Source: an uncultured virus (IMG/VR IMGVR_UViG_3300015607_002766)
Taxonomy: Duplodnaviria > Heunggongvirae > Uroviricota > Caudoviricetes
IMG/VR virus record: IMGVR_UViG_3300015607_002766
Reading direction: 5' to 3' (one strand)
Length of the DNA: 64,000 bases
Positions 1-10,484 of the stretch are shown here, one piece after another (position 1 is the first letter of the stretch; every line of letters starts with the position of its first letter). Below the pieces are notes generated by a model that worked only from the letters and a program-made list of their open reading frames with translations, ran no database searches and was not told the origin of the DNA. The translations under genes were made by a program, and so were the position numbers.

Positions 1-425
1 CTAAAGAGAATAAGCTATACTGGTTAAATTTTTGTAATTTAACTGGTATCTTACCAAAAGACTTACAAAAAGAAATAAAAAATCTTTCAGTAGAGATAAA
101 TTCAAAATATAAGGATGTTATCATAGTACCTATGGGTAATTCTATAATACCAGGCTGTATTACGATACCAGAATCTATTGAAGAGGTGTCAAACTCAATT
201 TATCAAGGAATGCTAGATATATTCAGAAGACTATCTGGTGATGAAAATTGTATTAGATTAGTTTATGGAGTTGGTGAGTTACCGGAAGAACATATGAATA
301 ATGTTAAATCAACTCATGAAGTTGGATCATTTCCAATAATGATTAAGATTGGTCACTTCTTAGACTATGGACCTGGTGGTAAAGGCTCAGGGTCCACATA
401 CGAACCTGGTTTATTTAAAATATAA
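1..425 (+). CDS. hypothetical protein (5'-partial)
   Basis: Frame of ORF 132..425 is open from position 3 (KENKLYWLNF...), so the gene starts upstream of the window. Confidence 0.6.
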   Translation, partial: KENKLYWLNFCNLTGILPKDLQKEIKNLSVEINSKYKDVIIVPMGNSIIPGCITIPESIEEVSNSIYQGMLDIFRRLSGDENCIRLVYGVGELPEEHMNNVKSTHEVGSFPIMIKIGHFLDYGPGGKGSGSTYEPGLFKI

Positions 426-451
426 AAAACCTCTCTTTGAGAGGTTTTTTA
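425..451. terminator. bidirectional rho-independent terminator
   Basis: aaaaacctctc-ttt-gagaggtttttt between convergent genes. Confidence 0.8.
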
Positions 452-452
452 A

Positions 453-707
453 TTAGTTTGACCAGTTAGGATTTGCTATGATTAGCTTTCCGTTTTCAAC
501 TCTAGGAATCTCACCTAAGTCTTGATTGTCAGCATACTCAATATCTTCATCATAGAATTTTTTACCATTGAACATAATATAGTTAGCTTCATCTTTTCCT
601 CTATGAGAATATCCTTGTCCTCTTAAAGAATCATGAGCCGCGTCTGAAACTTTATCATTACCAGACAACCAAGAAAATAAACCTTCAAATGTTTTAATGT
701 ATTTCAT
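453..707 (-). CDS. small protein with N-terminal MKYIKTFE (capsid-targeting-like) motif
   Basis: ORF; N-terminal motif shared with about 13 proteins; TTAATATATA upstream. Confidence 0.7.
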   Translation of the reverse strand: MKYIKTFEGLFSWLSGNDKVSDAAHDSLRGQGYSHRGKDEANYIMFNGKKFYDEDIEYADNQDLGEIPRVENGKLIIANPNWSN

Positions 708-742
708 TTAATTATTTTTATTTTTATAGAATATATATTAAA

Positions 743-1465
743 TTAATAATTCATAATTATTAACTCGGTTCCCATTATTGTCATTTTAGAATCGAATTTA
801 CAATTTGAGTAGAGTTCTTCTATTCCATCAAAGTAATAATAACTTAATAAGAATTTACCTTTAATATTATTTAAAACTTCTGCGAGCTCTTTATGTGTTT
901 CTTTATTAAAGTCGTGATTTATATAATACTCTTCCTTGCCAAAATAAGGCGGATCAACATAAAAGAATGTTGATTCAGAATCATACTTTTTAATAATATC
1001 TTTATAGTCTAAATTCTCAATGGATGTTATTTTACTTAAATGAAATTCATATGCTCGATACTTCATTTTGAAAATGTTAAACTCAGTGTTGTCTCTCCAA
1101 GAGTCTTTACCTATTTCATAAGGCGATGAACAACAAAGAATAACCAACCAGTAAAGACAAATAAGAAGTTCGTCTTTTTCTATTAAAAGATTTTTCAAAC
1201 AAAATTTATAATAGTCTTCATCTACCTCAGTTGATTTAACTAAATCAATAAATTTTGAGTTTTTAAGATTTTTAAACAGCAGGTAATTTAAGTGATTTTT
1301 ATCATTATAGATAAAATTTACATCCTTAAACTTTGTAAAATCAAGTGCAAAAAAAATACCAAACATTCCACCGAAAGGTTCTACATAAGTAGATATTTCT
1401 TTTGGAATGTTTGGTGTTATAAAATTAGCAAATTTAGATTTTTCTCCTAAATAAGGTACAAGCAT
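743..1465 (-). CDS. Dam-like DNA adenine methyltransferase (D12 class)
   Basis: YLGEKS, YVEPFGG, FYVDPPY motifs; paralog at 62649. Confidence 0.88.
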   Translation of the reverse strand: MLVPYLGEKSKFANFITPNIPKEISTYVEPFGGMFGIFFALDFTKFKDVNFIYNDKNHLNYLLFKNLKNSKFIDLVKSTEVDEDYYKFCLKNLLIEKDELLICLYWLVILCCSSPYEIGKDSWRDNTEFNIFKMKYRAYEFHLSKITSIENLDYKDIIKKYDSESTFFYVDPPYFGKEEYYINHDFNKETHKELAEVLNNIKGKFLLSYYYFDGIEELYSNCKFDSKMTIMGTELIIMNY

Positions 1466-1474
1466 CCAAACTTA

Positions 1475-1708
1475 TTAATTTTTAGACTTCACAGATTTCT
1501 TAATTTCTTTGTGAAGTTGCTTGAAGATAGACTTAACCTCTCCAAACTTGATTTCACCACTAATAGCCGACATATAAGCAGTCTCTAATTTGCTCATTTT
1601 CTCATGAACAGGTGATACTGCAACTGTTGCTTGTTTTGTGGTTCTTTTTCTGTTAGTAGTTTTAGTCGCTGAGGACATTTTTTCTACTTTGTTTTTATTT
1701 GTTTCCAT
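1475..1708 (-). CDS. hypothetical basic protein
   Basis: 77-aa ORF in operon context. Confidence 0.6.
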   Translation of the reverse strand: METNKNKVEKMSSATKTTNRKRTTKQATVAVSPVHEKMSKLETAYMSAISGEIKFGEVKSIFKQLHKEIKKSVKSKN

Positions 1709-1758
1709 ATAATTGTTGTTATATAGTTTATATACTTAAAATAAAAATTTGTTTAGAA

Positions 1759-2868
1759 CTATTTTTTAAATTCTTTTTTATCATTGGAAACATAAAAGTT
1801 GTCAAAGTTGTAGTATTTCTCATAAACTTCTTTAACCTTCTTCATATTTACTTCATCTAAAATATCATATACAGACCAGCCTTTTGGATTGATATATTGA
1901 TTTACATTTTTATAACGAAGAATTTCATCTTTTTGCATTCTTACATTATAGTAATCTTTAACCAAGTTAAATCTTTCTTTAGTTAAATACTTTTCAGGCT
2001 TTGTGATAACCTCTTTAACTGAATCAACAACAGCATTAAAGTTTTTATTTGATGTTTGAGTAGCAATCGTGTTAATACCTTGATTATTCATTCTACTTTG
2101 ATAACAATGAACATAATAAACTAATCCTTTTTTCTCACGAATTTCCTGATATAAAGGAGACATCAAACCAAGCGACAACATTGCATTAATGAAATGTACA
2201 TAAGCAAAATCTTCTTCAATAATAGGAGAAAGAATAGCAATAGATGTTTTATCTTTGAAATCATTATTTAGTTCTAAAGGAACATCATGATTTCCAAATG
2301 ACATATTTCTAACAATTTTTCTTTCAGCAAAGTCTAAAGAGTTATTCTTATATTTTTTGTTTTTAGAAACATTAATAATTTGAGTAGGTTTAGCATACTG
2401 AAGTTCAAAGAAGTTCAAACAATCCATAAACTTCATAGATTCTAAATCCTGTTTTAATCCAATTGGATCAAAATCACCAAATAATTTACGACTAAGATTT
2501 AACATATGTGATTGTGATTGATCATTGAAACAATCCATATATTCTTCAAGAACAATATTTCTTTCATTTTCAAATTGCTCTTTAGTAACATTAAATTGAC
2601 CAAGTAAGTCCATAAACTCACCTTTCCATTTATTTACTTTTTCATCAAGACCAGTTAGATAAAATACGATTTCGTTGTTTGAAGTGTAAGCATTCCAGTC
2701 AATACCATCTTTATCAAAGTCTTCTTGTAAATGGTCAAAGTTCTTACACATTAAATGTTCCATTAAGTGACTGATTCCGTACCAGCCTTTTTTCTCAAGG
2801 TTAGTTGAACCTTCATACACTACATAAAAACCAGAAAGATCGGTTTGAGATTTTAAATTAGTTATCAT
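1759..2868 (-). CDS. M16 (insulinase-family) zinc peptidase
   Basis: Inverted zinc motif HLMEH, NAYTS, SPLYQEIREKKGLVY. Confidence 0.92.
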   Translation of the reverse strand: MITNLKSQTDLSGFYVVYEGSTNLEKKGWYGISHLMEHLMCKNFDHLQEDFDKDGIDWNAYTSNNEIVFYLTGLDEKVNKWKGEFMDLLGQFNVTKEQFENERNIVLEEYMDCFNDQSQSHMLNLSRKLFGDFDPIGLKQDLESMKFMDCLNFFELQYAKPTQIINVSKNKKYKNNSLDFAERKIVRNMSFGNHDVPLELNNDFKDKTSIAILSPIIEEDFAYVHFINAMLSLGLMSPLYQEIREKKGLVYYVHCYQSRMNNQGINTIATQTSNKNFNAVVDSVKEVITKPEKYLTKERFNLVKDYYNVRMQKDEILRYKNVNQYINPKGWSVYDILDEVNMKKVKEVYEKYYNFDNFYVSNDKKEFKK

Positions 2869-2916
2869 TTATATACACTTTTATTTAGTGTTATATATTT
2901 AATATAGTGGAATGTT

Positions 2917-3294
2917 TTAGAAGTCAACTTTGAATTTACCCCAAATAACGACATCGCCTTCTACTTCTTGCATATCTACATCAATCCAGTTAAATTGTTT
3001 AATTAGATTTTTTGCGAAATCTTCGGCTTTTACTTCTGCTAATTCTTCTTTGATGAGAAATGAAACAATTTCAGTAGTGAATATAATCATTCTGTCTTCT
3101 TCAACTACTGTATATTCTTTTATATCAAGTGAAACTAATGTATCTCTTAAAGGTCTTGGTAAATTTACAACTCCAAGAGTTTTTTCCATGGCTCTTATTA
3201 GCGAAGAATCCCAATGTTCTTTAATATAGGTTTGTAAATATGCTAAAGCTTCTTCTCTAAATTCTTCAACAGTCATTCCTATTTGGTTTAACAT
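2917..3294 (-). CDS. hypothetical protein
   Basis: ORF with phage-like composition; start may lie further upstream. Confidence 0.6.
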   Translation of the reverse strand: MLNQIGMTVEEFREEALAYLQTYIKEHWDSSLIRAMEKTLGVVNLPRPLRDTLVSLDIKEYTVVEEDRMIIFTTEIVSFLIKEELAEVKAEDFAKNLIKQFNWIDVDMQEVEGDVVIWGKFKVDF

Positions 3295-3358
3295 TAATTG
3301 ACCATACTTAGTTTGATGATAACCAGAGATTTTTATATTTATGATAAATTAGTTGCCT

Positions 3359-3383
3359 ATTTGGAATACATTAACTATATTTG
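3359..3383 (+). promoter_or_regulatory. Bacteroidetes sigma-A-type promoter (TTTG...TAnnTTTG)
   Basis: tttgg...tatatttg upstream of coaE; the same element recurs about 18 times. Confidence 0.7.
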
Positions 3384-3405
3384 TAGAAATTATATATTAA
3401 AATAA

Positions 3406-4047
3406 ATGATAAAAGTTGGACTTTCTGGTAATAGATTTTCAGGTAAAGATGAGATATCTAACATCTTTAGAAGAATATCTATTCCTGTTTTTGAAGCAGA
3501 TGTTGTTTTAAGATTTATCATTCATCATGATATGCATGTTAATAAGCAGATAAGAGATAAACTTAGCAAGCTTTATGGTACATCTGGTAATTATTTTTCT
3601 CCAAGTTTTGCTAAGACAAAAGAAGAGATTGATATTATATTAGAGTGTGCTCAACATGATTTATTTCGTGCCTATGAATCTTTTTCTGAAAAACATAAAT
3701 CTTCAATTTATACTATTTTTAATTCTTCAATATTATTTGAAAGAGGTTGGGATAAGTTAATGAATTATAATATTAACGTATTTGCTCCAAAAATAACAAG
3801 AATGGAAAGATTTCAAGAACTTACTAAGAAGAAAGTATCAGATATTGCTTATCTACTAAGAAACGAAATTGATGATTTGGACAAAAATAAAATGGCTAAC
3901 TTTGTAGTACATAGTTACCAAGGCAGAGATACAAGAAGGCAAGTTCATGAAATCGATCAATTTGTAATTGATTCATATTTAAGATTTGAACAAACATCTA
4001 CTGAACTAACACAGGACGGTCAAGGTATAATATTAAAACATTTTTAA
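3406..4047 (+). CDS. coaE: dephospho-CoA kinase-like protein
   Basis: VGLSGNRFSGKD P-loop, IPVFEADVV, SSILFERGW. Confidence 0.8.
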   Translation: MIKVGLSGNRFSGKDEISNIFRRISIPVFEADVVLRFIIHHDMHVNKQIRDKLSKLYGTSGNYFSPSFAKTKEEIDIILECAQHDLFRAYESFSEKHKSSIYTIFNSSILFERGWDKLMNYNINVFAPKITRMERFQELTKKKVSDIAYLLRNEIDDLDKNKMANFVVHSYQGRDTRRQVHEIDQFVIDSYLRFEQTSTELTQDGQGIILKHF

Positions 4048-4419
4048 ATGAAGACTGTTAAAATAAAATTAATTGAGCCTACTACCGAGAAATTAGCTTT
4101 TGTAAAGTTAATAAAAGATTGTAGTGGTCTTGGCTTGAAAGAATCTAAAGATTTGTGTGACAGCCTACATAGTTATCCTGAAAGAGTGTTTGAAATGCCT
4201 ATTCGTGATTGGGAAACTAAAGACTGGAATACTGGCACAACTACTTCCACTTCAACGGATTATCGTAAGAAGTTTGTCACTGAAATTAAAAATATTCAAG
4301 GTAAGTTTATAGTTAATGGTGGTGTTCAATGGGAGCGAGACGTTAAAATGTTGAAGCTTGGAATAGCTGAAAAATCTGACTATGGCGATGTAGAAGATAC
4401 TTCTTACGAGCATCTTTAG
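4048..4419 (+). CDS. protein with ribosomal L7/L12 C-terminal-like domain; 3' end disrupted
   Basis: EKLAFVKLIKDCSGLGLKESKDLCD matches the L7/L12 CTD pattern; collides with the opposite-strand gene near 4390-4410. Confidence 0.7.
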   Translation: MKTVKIKLIEPTTEKLAFVKLIKDCSGLGLKESKDLCDSLHSYPERVFEMPIRDWETKDWNTGTTTSTSTDYRKKFVTEIKNIQGKFIVNGGVQWERDVKMLKLGIAEKSDYGDVEDTSYEHL

Positions 4420-5068
4420 CAAAATCATAAGTAGCTTTATAAGCATTAGTAAATTGTTCTAATTCAGTGTCTGTTACAGGCATCTTAGCTGATGCTAATA
4501 ATGCTCTTACAAATCTACCAATTTTTATATTATTTCTTGATGTTGTCCAAATTCTCTGGTCTTCTGCTTCTTTAGGCTCCATTGCATCTTTGTTAATAAC
4601 ACCAATTCTTTCACCTTGATATTCTTTAAACATAACATAAACCTTACCTGAAGTTCTACTAACAGTTTCTGCTAAAATAATACCTATAGAACCAGTATCA
4701 GGTGCCCAGCAATTGTATGTTTCTTTGTCATAACCAAGTGCTTCAAATATTTTATTATTTTTATCACTTTTAGTTAGATATCTACCAGACTCAGTTATAA
4801 CCCAAGTTTCTGGTTTATCTTTTGTTAATTCTTGAACTTTTCTATCAGGAGTAAAACTAACAGCATCTTTCTGGTCGGTTATATCAATATAGTTCTGAGT
4901 AACACCATCAACATCTTTTGAATATAAATTCAAAACATCTGAAGCTATTTTATTAGATTTCATTTTATTTAAAAGATTAATGAAATTCTTTGAAAATACT
5001 ACTTTTGATTCAAGTAGAATTTCATAAACTTTTTGCTCAGAAATATAATCGCCGTATTTGAGAATCAT
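4343..5068 (-). CDS. hypothetical protein with MILKYGDYISE N-terminus; probably truncated at ~4405
   Basis: Late promoter upstream; C-terminus runs into antisense sequence of the neighbouring gene. Confidence 0.65.
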   Translation of the reverse strand: MILKYGDYISEQKVYEILLESKVVFSKNFINLLNKMKSNKIASDVLNLYSKDVDGVTQNYIDITDQKDAVSFTPDRKVQELTKDKPETWVITESGRYLTKSDKNNKIFEALGYDKETYNCWAPDTGSIGIILAETVSRTSGKVYVMFKEYQGERIGVINKDAMEPKEAEDQRIWTTSRNNIKIGRFVRALLASAKMPVTDTELEQFTNAYKATYDFAKDARKKYLLHRHSQIFQLFQASTF

Positions 5069-5179
5069 TTTATTAAAATATTTTTATTAGAATATATATT
5101 AATTTTGAAATTTTCAATATTTAATTTTTAATCACTTTGATCGAATAATATATAAATTACAAAAAAATAATCAAAACAC

Positions 5180-5419
5180 ATGAAGGATAAAGTTGCTGAT
5201 TTAATCAGAATAATTGGCGTTGGTTTTAATGAGTTAGTATTTGACTTTGTTATTGACGGAGTAACATTCAATTCAATTGAATGGGATCCTATTGAAGATA
5301 GAGTTCTTCTTCACATATTTGATGAAGAAAATGAGTTAGACCACCACTGTGATTTTGAGGGAATCGATATAGATAAACAAATAAAAGTATATAAAGTACT
5401 TTCAGCTTTCTTAAATTAA
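5180..5419 (+). CDS. hypothetical protein
   Basis: 79-aa acidic ORF. Confidence 0.6.
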   Translation: MKDKVADLIRIIGVGFNELVFDFVIDGVTFNSIEWDPIEDRVLLHIFDEENELDHHCDFEGIDIDKQIKVYKVLSAFLN

Positions 5420-6396
5420 ATGCTATTTAGCATTTGAATCATTTCTTTCTGAGGGAAAATGTCAAATTTATCTCTTCTTACCTGGCTGTGACTTCTGATA
5501 CCACCAGTCTTAAACCAATTATCATCATATTCAAACCATTTTTCATTGTAGATTCTACCATCTAGTTGAATATTATTTTTATTAACTAAATAAACAATAA
5601 GTTTTCTAGCACTTTCTAATTGAGCATCTGTATATCTCTCAAAATATTCATAACCTCTAAATGGTCTATCTAACTTAACAACATCCTTATCATTTATTGG
5701 CTTATTGACCCAGTTATACAATCTATCATCTTTACCTAAAGTAAGTGGCCCATAATTACATATTTCTATAGCAATTGATTGTGAATTTAATTCTAAAGAG
5801 TTATTACTATTTATACCTAAGTGATATGCCCAATACTTATCATCAAAAGCTCTAAGTATTTTTCCATCCCAAATAGATTCATCCGAAGTCGAAGATTTTC
5901 TACCTATAATATAAGAAGTGCCAACTCTTAATGGTTGTGTTTTACCATTAATGTCTAAAACAGGCTTACCCGTCTTGTCTTTTAAGAAGTCTTTTTCCCA
6001 ACCATTTATACTCCAGTCTGGTCTTGAACCACCAGCAGTATGATGTAACCATATTGTATTTTTTTGAGTTATCTCTTTTATATATTCATCATCGCTAATA
6101 AGGTGATCATAAATAGTTAATCCATTTTGATCAGCATAAGATATTTTATGTGGTATTCCATCATTTAATACTGGTTCTAATCCATAATTATTTAATTTAC
6201 TCCAAGTTAAAGAACCCACAACACCATCAGCTTTAACACCAACGGATCTTTGAAAGTTTGTAACAGATATAAGAGTGTTTTGACCAAAGAATCCATCGAT
6301 TCTTTCATTAAAGAATCCATGTTGTTTTAGTTTTGTTTGTAAATAAGTAACGTCTTCACCAGACATTCTTAATGATATCACTCTTTTTAATTTCAT
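5416..6396 (-). CDS. N-acetylmuramoyl-L-alanine amidase with N-terminal peptidoglycan-binding domain (endolysin-like)
   Basis: PG_binding_1 pattern (DGFFGQNT...FQ...DGVVG..TW); Amidase_2 motifs LHHTAG, AYHLG, SIAIEICN, HSQVRRDKFD. Confidence 0.9.
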   Translation of the reverse strand: MKLKRVISLRMSGEDVTYLQTKLKQHGFFNERIDGFFGQNTLISVTNFQRSVGVKADGVVGSLTWSKLNNYGLEPVLNDGIPHKISYADQNGLTIYDHLISDDEYIKEITQKNTIWLHHTAGGSRPDWSINGWEKDFLKDKTGKPVLDINGKTQPLRVGTSYIIGRKSSTSDESIWDGKILRAFDDKYWAYHLGINSNNSLELNSQSIAIEICNYGPLTLGKDDRLYNWVNKPINDKDVVKLDRPFRGYEYFERYTDAQLESARKLIVYLVNKNNIQLDGRIYNEKWFEYDDNWFKTGGIRSHSQVRRDKFDIFPQKEMIQMLNSI

Positions 6397-6399
6397 ATC

Positions 6400-6918
6400 T
6401 TATATATTATTATTGTTCTTATATCTTTCTGCATTTTGCTTTTCTAAGAAAGCTTTTAAGTCTTCGTATCTAACAGCACCTGGGTTAAATGTAACCAACT
6501 CAGCATTTCCACTTGGTTTAGGCTCCATCTTCTTCTGTGTATTTTCTTCAATTCTTTTTTCATGTTCTTCTTCAACATATTTAAGAATATGACCTAAATA
6601 AAAATCAATTCCCTTTTCCTTGATTATGTTAAAATCAACATCTATAAGAAATTCTTCATTTTCAGGACCTACATAGATAGCCATTACTGGATCTTTAATA
6701 AAAACATCTGTATAGAATTTTATGTCACCGACATTTCCTTGTGCGTAAATAGTGGTTTTATATTGAGAGTTATAATAAAATGCAAACTTATCAGCATCAT
6801 TAAATAACCTCTGTCCATTTTTATCAACAGTAGCAGCAAGACCTAGATTGGTCTTGAAGTATCTACATTTTTTAACTTCATAAACAACAAGTGAATTAGT
6901 TACAACGTTATATGCCAT
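6400..6918 (-). CDS. hypothetical protein
   Basis: 172-aa ORF. Confidence 0.7.
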   Translation of the reverse strand: MAYNVVTNSLVVYEVKKCRYFKTNLGLAATVDKNGQRLFNDADKFAFYYNSQYKTTIYAQGNVGDIKFYTDVFIKDPVMAIYVGPENEEFLIDVDFNIIKEKGIDFYLGHILKYVEEEHEKRIEENTQKKMEPKPSGNAELVTFNPGAVRYEDLKAFLEKQNAERYKNNNNI

Positions 6919-6959
6919 AGTACTATATTTATTAAAAAATAAGATGTTCCTTAAAAATA

Positions 6960-6990
6960 AAAAACCCTATATCTCTATAGGGTCTTTTTT
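6960..6990 (-). terminator. rho-independent terminator
   Basis: accctata-tctc-tatagggt flanked by A/T runs. Confidence 0.7.
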
Positions 6991-7552
6991 ATTCAGTTTC
7001 GATTTTAAATTCTTCTTCATCACCAAACTTATCATCTATTTCAATCTTTAGATCGATTAGGAAGTCTTCATCTATTTTCTTTATATCGACATTTTTAGTT
7101 ATTTGACCTACAACATCATCTGAGTTTTTATCATATTTCTTGAACTTAATAAAACATTTTTCAATGTCTTCATATGAAAAATCTTTAGTTGCATCCTTTG
7201 GTAAGGCATCTTTCAAATCAATTGCTATATAAAGATTATACCAAGCATCTGGATCTGAGAATTTAACAGTTAAATTATCATACATCTTAGAGTATTTTGA
7301 TATTTCAGAACTTTCTATTCTAACACCTAAGTCTCTAAAAGACATTTTAGATTTACCTTTTGATTCAGCTTTAGCTCTTTTAATAGACTTTTGATTTTCC
7401 TCTGACTCCTCCGATTCTTCTTCGTTCTCTTGAAACTCAAACATTTTATCAATCTTCTTCTTTAGTTGTTTAAGTGCAAGCTCAACATATGACTCTGGTG
7501 TATCATTTATTAGTTCTTCATTAATGAACTCTGTAAATTTTCTAATCTTCAT
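6989..7552 (-). CDS. hypothetical protein with MKIRKFTEFINEE N-terminus
   Basis: ORF; late promoter immediately upstream. Confidence 0.7.
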   Translation of the reverse strand: MKIRKFTEFINEELINDTPESYVELALKQLKKKIDKMFEFQENEEESEESEENQKSIKRAKAESKGKSKMSFRDLGVRIESSEISKYSKMYDNLTVKFSDPDAWYNLYIAIDLKDALPKDATKDFSYEDIEKCFIKFKKYDKNSDDVVGQITKNVDIKKIDEDFLIDLKIEIDDKFGDEEEFKIETE

Positions 7553-7585
7553 AATGTATATATTAAAAAATTAATTCTATTATTA

Positions 7586-8536
7586 TTAAATCTTACTACG
7601 CAAAGATTCTATAAATAAATCACCAGATAAAACATGGGAATCATTCTTTCCCAATAGCTCAGTTTTCATAAATCCTTCTTCATCCGCATATAAATCCATG
7701 CAGTTAAGATAAGTTATATTACCTAATAAACTTTCATTATAAAAGAAAGAGTTGAATCTTTTATATAACATCATTCTATCCGACTCATTAGACCATATAC
7801 CTAAATAAGAATCAGGTCTTAAAACACCATCTCGAATAGGTGGGTTAGGAGCCATTACTATAACTTCACAATTATACAATTCTTTTACATCTTTAATAAT
7901 ATTATAATATTTATTTATGATTCTATCTAAGTTATGTTCAGCTGATATTCCTTTTAAACCGGCATTTCTACCACACGAAACTCTTAAATCAATTTCACCT
8001 AACATAAAAGCAATAATATCACCCTTTTGAATAGGTAGGGTTTTTAAGAATGATTTGTAATCTGATTTTATGAATCTATTAATCGATAAGAATAAGTGTG
8101 ATGCCCAGTTAATAACTTTATTATTAATTAATAGTGATTTATCTTTCATCATAACACCAATATTTGAATCACCTATAATCCAAAAATTGGGTATAGAATT
8201 TGAATAATTACCAAGTGATCTTCTTTTAATATCTGTCGTAATAAAAGGTAATTCTTGACTATGTACAGTATTATTATATTCATCTATAAATGCAACAAAG
8301 ACACCCATTGTGAATTGTGTCGTGTATCCTATATCAACTGTATTAAAAGTTACCCAATAATTACAATTAGGATGAATATCTTGAAAATTAAAGTTGTAAT
8401 TCGTGGTTCTAAATATTAAATCTTCCATTAATATTTTCAATTTAAGTACAGTATCAGATTTATTACTGTAGTATAATTTAAATGTCTGACTACCATCTTG
8501 ATTATTTATAATCTCATATTTGTCTATAGATATCAT
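7586..8536 (-). CDS. SGNH/GDSL-like hydrolase domain protein
   Basis: IIGDSN, LGEIDLR and DSHV resemble SGNH blocks. Confidence 0.6.
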   Translation of the reverse strand: MISIDKYEIINNQDGSQTFKLYYSNKSDTVLKLKILMEDLIFRTTNYNFNFQDIHPNCNYWVTFNTVDIGYTTQFTMGVFVAFIDEYNNTVHSQELPFITTDIKRRSLGNYSNSIPNFWIIGDSNIGVMMKDKSLLINNKVINWASHLFLSINRFIKSDYKSFLKTLPIQKGDIIAFMLGEIDLRVSCGRNAGLKGISAEHNLDRIINKYYNIIKDVKELYNCEVIVMAPNPPIRDGVLRPDSYLGIWSNESDRMMLYKRFNSFFYNESLLGNITYLNCMDLYADEEGFMKTELLGKNDSHVLSGDLFIESLRSKI

Positions 8537-8601
8537 ATTGTTTATATATAATTATAAACACTTTTCTTTAAAAAATAAAATATTTTTCATATATTTGTAA
8601 A

Positions 8602-9386
8602 ATGATGAAGAATATTGGATATTGTTGTATTCCTATGGGATGCAATGTAGGTAAGCCTAAAAAAGAACATATAACTGTAAATAGAGGTATGGTTCGTAAA
8701 ACATTTGATACCAAAGGTTTGCCTTATGTATCTGAGTTAGTAATTGAAAATCTTAAAGACACACTTAAAGTTCTTGACTGGAACTTGAAGAATCATATCT
8801 ATGTCTATCGTTTGAGCTCAGACTCTTTTCCTTGGATGTCTGAATATGAGTTTTCTGATATGCCTAAGTTTCCGGCTATTCAAACTTATATGCGTTTGAT
8901 TGGTGAAAAAATCAAATCAAATGATATTCGTGTCAGCTATCACCCAGGTCCATTCAATGTTTTAGCAAGTGAGAATCCATCAGTTGTTGAAAAAACAATC
9001 AAAGAACTAAACAAACATGCAGAGTTGATGGATTTAATGGGCTTAGACCAAACTACATTTTATCCAATCAATATTCATATCAACACTACTCAACCAACAA
9101 GAGAAGAAGCGGCNNNNNNNNNNNNNNNNNNNNNNNNNNNNNNNNNNNNNNNNNNNNNNNNNNNNNNNNNNNNNNNNNNNNNNCAACTTGGAATACACGA
9201 GCAATGACTCATATGAGTTCGCCAAAAACATTAGAAGATAACTCTGGAAAACAAACTGCACATGCTGACTATATTTATGAAGAAATTAAAACGTTCGGTC
9301 TTGACTTTGATACAGAAATTGAAGCCAAAGCAAAAGACTTGGCAGTATTCAAATACAGAGAGCAATTTAAAGTTCTCAAAGGGTGA
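8602..9386 (+). CDS. uvsE: UV DNA damage endonuclease (spans N gap 9114-9183)
   Basis: IGYCCI, YRLSSDSFPW, SYHPGPFNVLAS, INIHI; C-terminal part HMSS...AHADY...EAKAKDLA in ORF 9204..9386. Confidence 0.9.
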
Positions 9387-9621
9387 TCGTGTTGTAATTA
9401 TGACACGAGCATATGAAGATCTTAAATACAGAACTGGTAACATAGTTGCTGGTGGAGAGAGAACGCCTGATCTAAATGTGTATAGAGTTGCATTGGATTT
9501 ATATCCAAGTGGTTATCAACTACAACAACATTTGATACCTATTATCTTTGCTGAAGAAGAACTTCAGTTTGAAGATAATGCTAAAGAAAGAGATTGGAAG
9601 TTAAAACAAGTTTTGAAATGA
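9262..9621 (+). CDS. small SH3-like protein with C-terminal tag (ERDWKLKQVLK)
   Basis: KFSKGDRVV beta-barrel-like start; true start uncertain. Confidence 0.6.
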   Translation: MLTIFMKKLKRSVLTLIQKLKPKQKTWQYSNTESNLKFSKGDRVVIMTRAYEDLKYRTGNIVAGGERTPDLNVYRVALDLYPSGYQLQQHLIPIIFAEEELQFEDNAKERDWKLKQVLK

Positions 9622-9959
9622 TAAAGAAGTTACTTTCTATATTCAAAAAGAAAGAAGAAGATAAGACCTATGGTTTTATTAAATATGACCGAGGTGATGA
9701 AGTCAAAGTAACTATTTACTCTGAAGTGCCAGAATTTTGGTATAAAGGTAAAGTATTAGATATCAATGCTAGATATGTAATACCTTCAATCGAATCAAGT
9801 TGGAAAGTAGAATACTATGTTTCTTTTCCTAATAGTAAGGGTAATGAATTAAGATACTGGTTCTCAGAATCAGAGTTAAGAAAATACTCTTTACAAGAAG
9901 AAAGAAATTCAAGAATAGAACAAATATTAAATTATGAGAATACAACAGATACAAGATAA
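9618..9959 (+). CDS. small protein with C-terminal tag (ERNSRIEQILN)
   Basis: KYDRGDEVKV; coupled ATGA start. Confidence 0.65.
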   Translation: MIKKLLSIFKKKEEDKTYGFIKYDRGDEVKVTIYSEVPEFWYKGKVLDINARYVIPSIESSWKVEYYVSFPNSKGNELRYWFSESELRKYSLQEERNSRIEQILNYENTTDTR

Positions 9960-10431
9960 AATTTTAGAGAATAATAACTTGATTAAGGCTTTGCAGAATC
10001 AGGTTGCTCAGTTGAGTAGAGAAAACTCTGAACTAGCTCATCAACGTGAAATGAAACTAATTGAATATTTCAAAGATTATATTGAATTAGGTACAAGTTA
10101 TAAGGTAACTAATTGGATGTATTTGACGGGTGTTCAAACTAGTCTTAAAAAAGATGAGAAGTCACATTCTCCAAATTTTCAAACTGATGATGTTTTTGAG
10201 TTTGTTAAAAAGAATGCTAAATCTATAGTTATTAAATGTACCAATAAAGTTAAAAGTACATATAATTCTAATAATTCATCAAGAACAATTGAGATTATAG
10301 AAAATCCAGGTTGGATGTTTCGTATTGAGACACTAAGTCTTTATCAGTCCTTACTAAAAGATCCAAACTTTGCTGAGCCATTCAAGAAATATGTAGCCAG
10401 AAAAGAAGCATTAGATATGCTTGGTATATAA
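9934..10431 (+). CDS. hypothetical protein with degenerate C-terminal tag (RKEALDMLGI)
   Basis: 165-aa ORF. Confidence 0.7.
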   Translation: MRIQQIQDKILENNNLIKALQNQVAQLSRENSELAHQREMKLIEYFKDYIELGTSYKVTNWMYLTGVQTSLKKDEKSHSPNFQTDDVFEFVKKNAKSIVIKCTNKVKSTYNSNNSSRTIEIIENPGWMFRIETLSLYQSLLKDPNFAEPFKKYVARKEALDMLGI

Positions 10432-10433
10432 AA

Positions 10434-10463
10434 GAAAAGAGAGTCATATGACTCTCTTTTTTA
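10434..10463. terminator. bidirectional terminator
   Basis: aaaagagagtc-atat-gactctctttt between convergent genes. Confidence 0.8.
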
Positions 10464-10484
10464 TTGCTAGACTATTTTATTTGC

